From: Zygnema circumcarinatum SAG 698-1b
Taxonomy: Eukaryota; Plantae; Zygnematophyceae
Length of the DNA: 64,000 nt
Direction of reading: 5' to 3'
Assembly (NCBI GenBank): GCA_037447605.1
Contig: CM074804.1
Coordinates: 2,418,001 to 2,482,000 of the forward strand
Below the pieces are notes generated by a model that made no database searches, had not been told where the DNA came from, and worked only from the letters and a program-made list of their open reading frames with translations. The position numbers were made by a program, and so were the translations under genes. Of this stretch, positions 20,488 through 32,394 are shown piece after piece (position 1 is the first letter of the stretch; each line of letters begins with the position of its first letter).

Positions 20488-23400
20488 TCAGAAAGGGCTG
20501 GCGAATCGTGCCAATTGAATCAAGAATTCGGGCAGCATGCGCGGCCTCGGCGGAGTCCCTGCATCGGCCAATCGCGCGTCGTCGTCGCCCTCCTTCACCG
20601 CCTCCATGACCGCCTCGAAGAGGTCGTCCGTACCTCCGCGCATCAGATCCTGTCAGGGAACAACGGGAGCAGGTGTGAACACGGACTTCAGGGCTGACGT
20701 GGCAGCAACTGGATAAGGCAGAGGGTGAGGCGCAGATGGACGGCTTACTGAGAAGTCTGCCAACAAGGAGGAATCAGACAACAACGGAAAGCAGCAGAAC
20801 TAGATGGAACGGAACGGAACGGAACGGAACGGAACGGGTGATGGGACACATGCCTGGATGATCAAATCCGTGTGGGTCTTTCCGGGAAGGAGAACCAACT
20901 GAACCTTGGCTCCCGCTGTTTGAAGAGCATCGGCAAAAGTTTGGCTGCAGAAGTATAAAGGAGAGGAGGGACGATCAAAAGCGAGAGCAAGGGTTAGAGG
21001 AGTCTGAGATGCTCGTTGCTTGGAAAAGGGGGGGAGAGGTGGAGAGGAAGGAGATGGAGAAGGAGAGCGGGAGAGAAAGAGAAAAACGAGGAGGGGGCAA
21101 CGCGAAAATGGGAGAATAGAGAAGGAAGAGGAAGAGAAGGAGAGGAAAGGGGAGGAACAAGGCAGAGTGAGAGGAGGGCGAGAGATGAGGAGGAGGAAGT
21201 GAAACTGAAAGGCACAAGGAGAAGGGGGAGGAGTACAGGCAGGAGGAGGAGCAAGGGAGAGACAGAAAAGTAGTGGGAGGCAAGAGACACAAAGAGAATG
21301 GAAGACGGCAGAGACAGACAGGGGAGAAGGAAAAGAGCGAGAGGGAAAGAACACAAGCTCACCTTGCTTGATAGGGCATAGAGATGTCTGCCAAACCGTG
21401 GTAGAGAGTGAAGGGAGGGAGAAAAGATATAGCGGGCGCAAATGAGGGAGCGGTGACGAGCACTTCAGGAGAAAACAACGGAAGAGATTCGAGTCCTTCC
21501 ATTATACTGTTTGCAGGGCCCGCAAAACAGACAGAAAGCCAATTCGTTTAATATCAGATATCATTTCAAGAGAGAGAGGAAACGGGTGCTTCTTTCTAGG
21601 TAGGTTCCATAACCCCAAATAGCCTCCTGTTTGAGGAGTGAAAAGTGTGAGAAAGAAACTGCGACGATGAAAAAAAAAACTAGGTTGTTTAACCGCTCTT
21701 CTTAAAGCAGGTCTGAGGGTTTCAGGTTACAAAGGCTCCGACCTGAGGAAGATAGTGCGGTAAAGACCACGGTCATCGAAATGGTCGACTAAACTGGCCA
21801 AGTCGTACCTGCATGCTCCTCCAAGCCAAAGTCAAGAAAAGTGGACCTGATGACTACGTGTCTGGTTAGCCCTATTCTTAGCAAAAGCTCAGGAGTTGAA
21901 TGGAGAAAGCCCTAACTCTCCAACTTCGCCTTCCTTCTCCCACTCCGTCTCCAGGCTCACTTCTCTCTCCCCTCTTTCCCTAACTCACTCCCTTCTCCCT
22001 CTTCCTCCCCCCCTCTCCTGCAGTCTCGCCCCCTGCTCTCCGTCACCCGCTCCCTCCCCAGCCCATCATATCCCCATGCCTATCCCTTTCCATGTTCTCT
22101 CCCTCTCTTATCCCCTCGTTTCGCTCCAATTCGATTTCCCACTTTTGCATGTCTTTTCCCTGTTCCCTTCCCTCTCCCCGTCCTGCCTTCCTCTCCCTCT
22201 CCTTCACTACCAGAGACAATAGATTTCGCCCAAACAAAACCCACAAAGCAAAATCATAACAGGGCAACAGGACTAAGCAAAGATCGGAAAATCAACAGCT
22301 TTCGGCCACATATCGCCTCACCCTCCCGATACTCCTATGAAGGAGCGAAGGTCTAAAGCGGACCACTCCAACCTCTCCCCTCCCGAGATGGCTTCCAACT
22401 TCGCTTGCTGCACCAACGCCATGCAGGACAGGTGAGCTCCGGCAGACTGCGAGACCAAAAGAACTCTGCAGAGGCCAAAATGGGGGAAAGAGGGAGAGGG
22501 AGAGAGAGAGGGAGAGGAAGGGGAGGGAGAGAGAGCACGGGGAGGGAGAGAGAGTGGATCGGGAGAGAAAAGGAAAAGGGTCAAAAAAATTAGACAAAAC
22601 AAACAAGCAGTTGAGAAAGAGTGAATGACACCACTTATGTACAATGGAGGTCCTTGGAAAGAAGATCAGCAACGATTCAGAGGGGATTCAAGAGTCTTTT
22701 AAACTTCTGAGATTTTGAGATTTGCAGGCTTTTTACTTTACTATTTTGTGTTCCAGTCAGAATGGAATCACTTGAACATTCTAGAAATAGGCAAAAAAAA
22801 CTAACTTACTTCTTCGGATCACCTCCATAACTTGCTATGTTGTTTATCACCCATCCAATGCCAGCTCCTACATCTGCCACCATGTCCGAGATCGTGCCTT
22901 GAGGAAAATTCCTGCACCAAAGACTCACAGGTATTCTTTCTAAACGGAACAACAACCTTGAAAAGAAATGTTTGAAAACTTCAATTCTACTTAAAAAAAC
23001 AGGACATGCATAACACTCACGGAAATACATCTGACTCTGAGAAATCGAAAGTCTTGGATGAACTAGAGGAGAAATATCTTGCCCAACAACTCCTAAAGAA
23101 GGGAGTGCAAAAAAACAAAAAAACTTGCGTTCGTACCGATAGTCAATACTTGCCGTGATGACGTTGCGGTCAGAGAGAGCCCATCCAAAAAGGGTTCCCC
23201 AAGCCTTGTACCTGTTTCCATGTCCCCAGTTCAAGACAGTAACATTTCTCCGTAAAGAACACGGAAAGGTGACGTCGGGGTGCTTGGCGAAGTCCTATGC
23301 TTTGCCATATTATGGGCTTTTAAGAGTTTCAGGGTATTCAAAAGTCTTTTGGCTTCAACAACCTGAAAAACCTCTAAAAAGAAAAGGCGAGCAGAATGTC

Positions 23401-25016
23401 ATGTATTCTAAGGTTGAAGGCCTCTCGTGAGGTTAGGTTTAATCTTGCAAGGGCTGAGGGGACCCACCCGATCACCCATGCTCCTCCGGTGACAAAAATG
23501 ACAACTGATTTTGGTTTGCAGCTGCCTTTATTGGGCATATATAAATCCAATCTGTCCCCGAAAAAAAAGGAAACGGGAAAAGGGAAAGGGAAGGAAAGTG
23601 AATAGGACGAAGGTATGGACAGCGTCTATATGAGAAAAAAAAATTGCGATAGTCCTACAGACACAAGATAAACTCTGGACTCCATGACAGGGCTCCTGCA
23701 GTTTCAGTCACCGAGTTTAGAGCCTCTTAGATAACCGTTGATCTACAGTCACTCTCCCTCTCCCTCCCTCTGTCGCTCTCCCTCACTTTCTCTCACAAAA
23801 AATACATAGTCCAATTTCTGATCCTTCAACAGAAAGAGTTCCACTATCATGTGACAGCAAGGAACCACTCACGAAGCTTACAGTAGAGCAAAAAAACCTC
23901 GGAACAAATGTAGAAGTAGTAATTTGCAATTTAGAGATTTTGGAAGAGTAACCTGTTTCGAGGTTGCCCTCCATAAACTATACTTCGCAAAACGCGACCA
24001 GATAAGAAGTAGTACCACATTGCTGCACAACGGTTCAAGATGTGTGTCAAAAGGGAGGGAGGGGGAGAAGGAGAAGGTGACTGCATCTCCTAACAAGGGG
24101 AAAACTTTCGGTCCCGAATCCCAGAAAACAAAACTTAAGGCTTTTTCCAGCTTGTGAATACAACATTCACGTGTAGAATGTGAAACCAAGGCACATGACA
24201 CAAGTTTGTACCTTGCATGAAGCCAGGCATGAGGAGTGCTGCATAGAGCATCAGCCATGCCAACCTGCACATCCACCTATACCCTAATCTGCATCACCAC
24301 AATCACAAGGTTTCCCGTCAGCGACAGAATGTCATCTACTGGATCATCAAACATTATGACGCCATCTAAATCATGACATCACCTGCACCACCACCCAACA
24401 TCGCCATGACATCAACTCCACCACCATCAAGATCATGATGTAATCATCATCATGACAACATCCGCACCATCAAGGTTATAAATCAGTACATATGGCGTAA
24501 AACGATTAAAAAATGGCCTCCTCTCAACTTAAATGCCTGCACCCTCAAACTAAAACAACAGTAGTGCTGCTTTTAGGTTTTGGAAAGCAAAAAAAATTGC
24601 AAAGAAACATAATTTAGGATATGTTCACAGAGCCCAACAAAACACCCTCACTCCATAGTTCCCCAAAATATGACATCCCAAAACCGATTCTTAAAATCCA
24701 ACCTTCAGCAAGTGTTCTTCCTGGAAGTTTTCCACTAAAATCTGCTGCATAAACACAGAAATGAACGACAGTACCCGAGATATCGAAGGAGTTTTATTGC
24801 AAGAAATGTCAGCAAAAAGGTTTCAGACGCGGCGTGCTCCATCTGAACACTAATTTGTCTCAAAAGATGCTCCCGATTGGCTCCCTTCAGATTCAAACTT
24901 TCGTGCGAAAACGGAAACCGTCTGCGCGCCTCAGAGAGGCCGAGCATCGACTCGGACTTGTAATTGACTTTTCCACAGTCCTCCTCCATGGAACCGCCAG
25001 CTGACCCTGCCTCCAT
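20488..25016 (-). CDS. ICME: Isoprenylcysteine alpha-carbonyl methylesterase (ICME/ICMEL), alpha/beta-hydrolase, ~11 exons
   Basis: ASETFLLTFLAIKLLRYLG; YRW..LLMPGFMQ; RSIVYGGQPRNRLDLY; VVIFVTGGAWVIGYKAWG; DYRNFPQGTISDMVAD; SQSAGAH (nucleophile); HGLAD; GKTHTD; ends MLPEFLIQLARFASPF*. The start Met at 25016 is inferred. Confidence 0.9.
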
Positions 25017-26381
25017 CTCTGAGTCCCTCCGTCCTTCCCTCCCTCCCTCCCTCCCTCCCTCCTTTCCTTCCTCCTTTCCTCCCTCACTCCTAACTCGTTT
25101 CTGCACCTGTTCTGCTCGCACGAAAGACTCTCTAAGCTCTAGACTTGAATCACTACGAACAGGAAATATTTGTCGCGCGGGCGTTTTTCATGTCCCTTTC
25201 TTGTGAGTGGTTGTGCGCAGTTTACAGACACTGCTTTGTATGAAACGTTGGCATGAGTCGTTTACAGCTTTTGTGAAGTTTGATTATTGTGGTTGAAGTT
25301 GCCCGCATTACACTGAAGGAAACGATGTGGCATTGATCTCACGGTCCCGATTTCACCGATGTGGTTGCACGACATGCGCTTTCAGGGGGTGAGGGTATTG
25401 CAGGCGCAGAGGAGCATGAGAGGTGTGAATTGGAGAACATGGAACAAAACATGAAAGCATGTGTAGACGCCGGAAACCACGAGTTCACAAACCGCAAACC
25501 AAAAACCACAAACCACAAACCTCAAACCTACGGCCCACGAACGATCGGAAACCACAAGCCATGCACAGGTTGAGCTTTCCGTTGAAGAAAATGTAAGGAC
25601 AGCATGTAGCGCACAGAAAGTACAGTACGGTACTGCTTTGTTTCGTACGGTTTCGTACATCGCGATTTGCTGCGATAAACTTTCTGTATGGCAGTTGCGA
25701 TTGTCAAAATCTTTGAAATGTCGAAATTTGTGCGGTGGATCGTTTGAGATTTTCTGTCCGCCACGTGTCGGTCTGAAAACCAAATCCGCTCCAAAAGTCA
25801 ACGCTGAACCTTTGAACAGAGGAGCAACCCTAAAACCTTAGCTATGAACCCTAATTTTTTTGCTTTAACCTTTTTTTTTTTTTAAATGAATTATAAAATC
25901 TAAACCTTGAAACCTCAATGAATGCCCCAAAAGCCTGATTGAAGAAATTCTGATCTCCTCAGCCCAAAACTGCTAACCCTAATTCTATTTTAATATATAT
26001 TTTTCACTCCCCCTTTTTTTTTTTTCTCACAATGGATGTGGCTTTCCGAAATTTGAGGAGGAGCTGCTTCCGGAGAATTTCCGGCGGAGGGAGGAGCCTG
26101 TTCTGTGCTTAAACCTCCGTTTCAAAAGTTTTCCTGCGGGCAGCAGCAGCAAGTTCAGGTGAAAATTTTATCGAAATTTCAAAATTTGCCAAGTCCGATC
26201 GCAAACCTCTCAAATATGATTTTTCAATCTGGATGTAGAGATCCGTACAAAAAATTGACCAATTTGACCATTTTCACAAGTTTTCTGAACACAATTCTTT
26301 AAAAAGAAAGGAAAAATAAGAAAAGAAAAATGGAAACCGCGGGGTATGGTGCTGATTAGGGTTTAGGGCTTTAGGGCTAAC

Positions 26382-28135
26382 ATGGGGTTCAAGGTCCCGG
26401 CGCTGCTGGCGGGCTGGCGGCGCTGGTGGATCGTGCGATGGACACGTGGCAAGATCATCGATCCGACGGTCCTGATGCTGCGCAGGTCCACAAGCGAAGC
26501 CAAAACCCCGAACCTTTTCGAATCCTAAAAGCATGAAAATTTTAAAATACTTGAAAAAAACTTTCAACTCTGAACTTCTGAACCCTCTAGCCCTACACCT
26601 TGAAGCCCAAACCTCGACCCCTAAATCAAATTTTAAATGTCGAATCCTAAACCTTACACCCTAAACCCTAATTTCTGCGTCTTGCTGCTCTGCAGGGGAG
26701 CGGAGCCGCGGCAGATGGCGCTGTCAGTCGCTCTCGGCTTCACTACCGGAGTCTTCCCTCTCTGCGGTACGACTTTTTTTTTTTCTTATTGTTGACAAAA
26801 AAATAAATTGTTCGTTTTCAGAGTTGCAGTGTTTAGGATTTAAGGTTTAGAGGGTTAAGAGCTCAGGGTGTAGGACGTTAGGGTTTTGGAATTGAATGCA
26901 ACGGCTTGAAAATCACAACTTCTGAAGCTCGTAGCTGCAGCTGCAAAGCTGAACCCTAATTTTAATTCTGACCGTTTCCGGTGTAGAGTCAAACCCTACA
27001 CCGGAAACTCTAAAACCCTAAACCATAAATTCTAGCCCACACTGAACGTAACCCGTAAACCCTTACTCTAAGCCTTAGCCCTGAGCCTAAATTTTACTTA
27101 CCATTTTCCAACTCTAAACCTTTATAATTAACTCTGAATCCGAAACCTTGAACCTTGAACCCCTTACAATACCCTAATCCCGGAACCCAGATCTTAAACC
27201 TTTTCATACCCTGAAGTCCTAAACCTTAAAACCCTAGCACCCTAGACCCATGACTCTAATCTCAAACCCTCAAACCCATATCAAAACCTTAAATCCTAGG
27301 CCTTCAAACCCTGACCCTGAAACCTTACCCCCTAACTCCTAACCCCAAACTTTAAACCCTAAATCCTAGCCCTGACCCGTAGCTCTGACTCTGGCACAGG
27401 ATTGGCCGCCGCCCTGTGCGGCTGCGTGGCCTTTCTGATGGGCGCCGCGTGTCATCCGCCGGTCATGATGCTCGCCAACTTTGCAGCCACGCCGGCCGAG
27501 CTCAGGCGGGCCCTTAAACCCTAAACCCTGAACCATAACCTCAACCCTAAACCCTAAACCCTGTTGAACTCGAAGACTTTCCAAAAGCGTCAAAACACAT
27601 ATGTACATTTGGACAGATTTTGAAGGGGATTTGGAAGTCGAGTACGTAGATGATATGTATTTTTTTTCACAGATTTTGAAGCGAATGTTTTTGTCCTCCG
27701 CTGAGAAATTTGTCAACTTTTTTTTTTTTTTTGCCGGTGGGAAGCGCAGCCTGATGATTCCCTTCATGCGGTTGGGAGAGAAAGTCACCGGCGCCGCTCC
27801 CTTGTCTGTAGCGCCGGAAGCTCTCTGGAAGTTTCTCACAGGACAGGCTTCGCATCGGATCATCATAGGGCTGCTGCATGCGGTGAGAGGCTCATACATT
27901 TTCAAATTTTCGATTTTCTTTTTTTTTTAAAGGTTTGTTGGTCCCATCCCTTGGGAATTTCTCTTTCATGTTGTTGCAGGTGCTCGGGTGGCTCCTTTCC
28001 GCGCCCATCCTCATATGGAGCATCTACCGGCTGATGCTTCCCGTGATGACACGTGTCGGAAGCGGCCTCACCTTGAGCGCTCCAAAGCCCATAGAAAGCA
28101 GCTCGGGGTTGGAGCCCGTCACGCTGAACTTGTAG
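26382..28135 (+). CDS. DUF2062-family small membrane protein, 5 exons (one GC-AG intron)
   Basis: LRRGAEPRQMALSVALGFTTGVFPLCG; CHPPVMMLANFAATPAELSLMIPFMRLGEKVTG; ALWKFLTGQASH; VLGWLLSAP. Exons at about 26382-26485, 26696-26767, 27400-27505, 27750-27882, 27980-28135. Confidence 0.8.
26580..27370. repeat. Degenerate telomere-like (AAACCCT)n arrays in DUF2062 introns
   Basis: Dozens of aaaccct/aaacctt/aaccctg variants at ~7-bp spacing, densest at 26980-27365. Confidence 0.8.
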
Positions 28136-28828
28136 GGTTTAAGATTTCTAAGGGTTTTAGAGTTGAAGGGTTACTTTTAGGGTTCGATTTTTCATGGGAA
28201 CAGCGGCTACCGTTTCAAAAGATGGCATGCCTAAACTTGACTGTCATATGCAAGCCCTAAATCCCTACCCTAAATTCTGAACTCTGAATCTTAATCCCTA
28301 AACCCTGAACTCTAACACCTGAAACCCTAACCCAAAACCTTGAATTCTGCATCCTGCACCCTAGCTATCGACTGCTTCAGGTCCCCACATAGAGTCCGGA
28401 AGAGAGGAGAGGTGATAGCCGTATGACAGCTTGCAAGACGAGAATCCAACAGTCATGCCTGGTACCGAATTTTGTATAATTTTGTAAAAAGTGATTGAAA
28501 TTTTCGCTGTGCACAAACTTTCGGCTAAAGACAAATATTGATCGTCTCCTTCTCTCTCACCTACTCTCCCCACACTGCCCTCCCCCTCCACCTCCCCCTC
28601 CCTTTGCCTCGCTCGCTCTCTCCTCTCCCTCACATACATATGCCTTCGACCATTAATATCTCAGAAAGCTTGAAACTAATAGGGGATGAGGCTTTCTGTA
28701 CACAAAGGGACAATTTGATCGGACCAAACACTTGTAAAACTGGCAAAAGGAAAGGTGAACTTAGAAGGGTCAATTGGTGGAAAAAGAATCGTCAGATATT
28801 CGCTACTCCTGCCCGAGCAAAAATTCTT

Positions 28829-31800
28829 TTAGCTGAACGCTGGAAACAGCCCGCATGTCTTTTTGAACCCGTGACAGTCGTCGCTTATGTTCACAACTTT
28901 CTCGGCAGCTAAAACTTCTACTTCCTCTTTTTCCCCTACTTTCGCCTCGGCATCTTGAGCTCCTTCATTAAAATGCTTTTCCCTACCCCAAACTTGAACC
29001 GTGAGTTTTCGCCTGCTCGAAGATTCCTCTCCTAAGTATTTGTCAAACCATTGCAGGACGTCTCCAGATTTCAGTTTCGGGTTTTGTAGAAAAGCAGCCT
29101 CCAGCTTCCTCGCATTGAATAAGTACCTGAATGAATGCGAAAAAAGAGTTTAGGTTTTTCGGGTATTCATAACCCAGAATTAAATTTCACGGTTTTCAAA
29201 GTTTAGATCCTTTCTGGCGCTAGGATTCCGAAGAAGTTTTCTGAAGCTTTCCAAATTAGATTTTCTTTGGGGGTTCCGGTTTTCAAACCTGCTTAAGGAT
29301 TTAGGTTTTTTTGGAAGTTTTGAGGTTCCAATCTCTTTCCCATAATTCTAGGACTTTCAACGATTCCAATGGTCTGAGTTCAAGTAAGTCCAGTATTTGC
29401 AAGTTCAATGATTTCCAAAGTTTGACGATGTCTCTAAATTTTTTAGGCTTTCCACAAAGATAGGGTTTGGGGGTGCTTTTGTTAATTAGGGTTCTGGCCA
29501 GACCTCTTCTCCCATATCTGCTCCCAATGGTGGTCCGCCTCCTCTCCCAGACTGTAGTCCTTTTGGAGCTTCTCCAGAATTAGGGCTTGGCGGTGGCTCT
29601 CAAATTCGTCCTCGTCAAAATTTTCCTGCGCCGTGACACATCAAACAAAGATGACCCATGCAGCTTACGACCCTAAACCCAAAACCCTGCACTCTGAACC
29701 CTTCTTTGTACCTGAAGCCCTGAAACATGCATCCAAATCCTAAACCTTAAACATCAAAGGTTCTAAACTACTTACACCCTAAATCCAAGTTCCTGCACCC
29801 TCACCCTTAAACCCTACCCCCTAACCCCGCGCCCCCTCCCTCCCTCTCTCTCCCCCTGCCCCCCCCCCCACTGACCAGGTCCCGCCTGAAGCGGCGCAGG
29901 AAGGCCTCGAGGCGCGCGCGCAGGAAGGGCGGCGCGCGGGCGGAGGACTGCACGCGGAGGCAGAACCCGAACACGCGGAAGGTGGCGCGCATGCCGCAGT
30001 CCACGCGGTACCCCAGCTGCTCCTTCGTCCTGGGGGGGAGAGGGAGAGGGATTTTAGGGAATTTAGGGATTAGGGAGAGGGAGAGGGAGAGGGATTTTAG
30101 GGATTAGGGAGAGGGAGAGGGAGAGGGAGAGGGNNNNNNNNNNAGAGGGAGAGGGAGAGGGAGAGGGAGAGGGAGGAGGGGTTGATTGGAGAGATGTGGA
30201 GGGCTAGTAGGACGAAGGGAGATGTGGAGCACCTGAGTTGGTCGTAGAAGGGCTCTTCCATGAGCTGCTCCAAAAGGTCCAAGAGCGCCCGGTCCCTCAC
30301 AGAGGCCTCTCCCACATCCTGTGGCCCCTGAAAGTACATCTGCATAAACGAAAAGGGGGAAAGAGAAAAGCGACAGATGAAGTGTGAGAGAGAGGCAGAC
30401 AGAGGACCAAAATTACAATAAAACAAATTCTGTCCCATCAATTTTCATTTTGTTAAAGAGCAGAAAACACACCACCTCTTCAAGTAGCAAGCCCTCCCCG
30501 ACTGACACGAAACATAAGGGAAGGATACCAAAGCCTTAGGGTCCTACCACAGTTTATGGTTACGGTTCAGAGGGTTTTAGTGCTTTCCGTCCTTCCTTAT
30601 GTATATCCCCTTTGTTTTTCACCGAATCACGCTTACCTCCACAACTGAATTTTCTTCCGCCTGATTTTTCGCGGGCGCCTCCAATAGAAGGCTTTTGCCT
30701 CCGGGCAGCTCCACCACTCTGTCCTGCGGCCTCTCGCCAGGTGGCAGGCCCTTATTGGGCAGACTTGAGGATACGACCTCCCCCAGATGAAGAGCCTCCT
30801 CTTTTGTCATGTTGCCGTGAACCATGGCCTCCACAAATGTCTGCACAAATCCATTTGCGAAAAAAAAAAAAAAAATTTAAATATGTATATATATATACAT
30901 ATATATACATATTCTGCTTTTCCTTGGATCAGAATTGCATACAGACATAGGATTGCCATAGTCTACTAGAAAAGCGACCTGGACCCAAATGTCCACGTGG
31001 CATCACGCCATTCGCTCACCCGATCAAAGAGCTGCGGAATGAAGGCCTCCAGGTCGGACAAGGTGAGGGAGAGGAGACTCTCGAGCTTGGCCTCTATCTC
31101 CCACGCCTTCTCCTTCAGAACGCAGAGCCGCAAATAGGCCGACTGCTTCAAGGGCTTCATGTTCGTGTTGCGATAGCTTCGGGCCAGTTCTTCTCTAATC
31201 ACCTGTTGAGAGTGAGCGAGAGAGAGGGGGGGAGAGCGAGAAGAAAACGAGAGAGTGAAGGGGGAGAAAGAACGAGGGGGAGCGGAAGAAAGAGAAGGGC
31301 AGGAGAGCGAGAGAGAGAGAAAGGAAGAAGAGAAAGTGGGGGAGGGATTGGGAGAGAAAGAGAGGGAGATAGCGGAGTTAGGACACGAAAGGACCAAAAA
31401 AACAACGAGTTGGGAGCGAGGAGGACGGGGAGAAGATGTTTTGGCGAGCAGGCAGGCACCTCGAAACGTTTGGGGTCGACCGTAAATGTTTTTATTTGAC
31501 CAAAAATTTTGGCTGCAAGAGAAGGAAGCTTGTCGTTGAACCCGGAGAGTTTGACTTCCACGCTGTCGCCTGAAGCTGTAATAGAAGATTCCAATTTGGC
31601 CACATTTGCCTGGGGGAGGGAGAAGGAGAGAGGGGTGGCAGAAAGAAAGAAATAGCGGGAGTAGAAATAAGATTTCAGGAGGTCAGATAAAGTCTTTAGG
31701 GGTTAGGTTGAGAAAACTCAGGTAGAACAGCAGGAGGGAGGGCGAGGAAAGGGGACGGGGAGAGGGGAGAGGGGAGAGGGGAGAGGGGAGAGNNNNNNNN

Positions 31801-32363
31801 NNGAGAGGGGAGAGGGGGGAGGCGGGAGGGGGAGGGGAAGATTTCTTCTCACCAGATAAATGGTCTCGTTCAATGAATCTTCGAGAAGTTTCACAAAGAG
31901 TTCAGTGAGAGCCGCATTTCGTGCGCTCTGATTGGCCAGTCCGCTTACAATATTGAAGTAGGCGTTCGCACGTGGTGTCTTAAAAACATCATCGAGTTTA
32001 TACCAAAGCTTCAAAAAGTCACTCTCAAAAATCACCTCTGGTGAAGTCAGCTTTTCCGCAGTGGCCCCATTTTCGCCACTTTCTCCATTTTCTTTCTCAG
32101 TAAGCCCTAAACTGTCATTCATTTCTTTGTCTTGCCCTCCTTCGAATTTTTCTGCTGACAAATTTTCCCCATTTCTCGCAGTTTTTCCTTCGGACCGAAT
32201 TGTGAAATCTCGAGGGATGAAATCGTTTTTCGGAGGCATATGGAGCGCAGGATCGATGGTTTTAGGGTTTTCCCATAGTTCCAGAAATTCTGCGGGAAGG
32301 GGACTGACTGTGTAGGGGACTCCAAACCACGGCTCCGTCTTCACATCTGCAGGGAAGAATGGG

Positions 32364-32394
<31 letters not shown>

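Noticed and set aside
28361-28639. Minus-strand ORF as a possible last nardilysin exon
   Set aside because: The exon starting at ~29127 already reads through to the stop FPAFS* at 28829, so this stretch is 3' UTR or intergenic.
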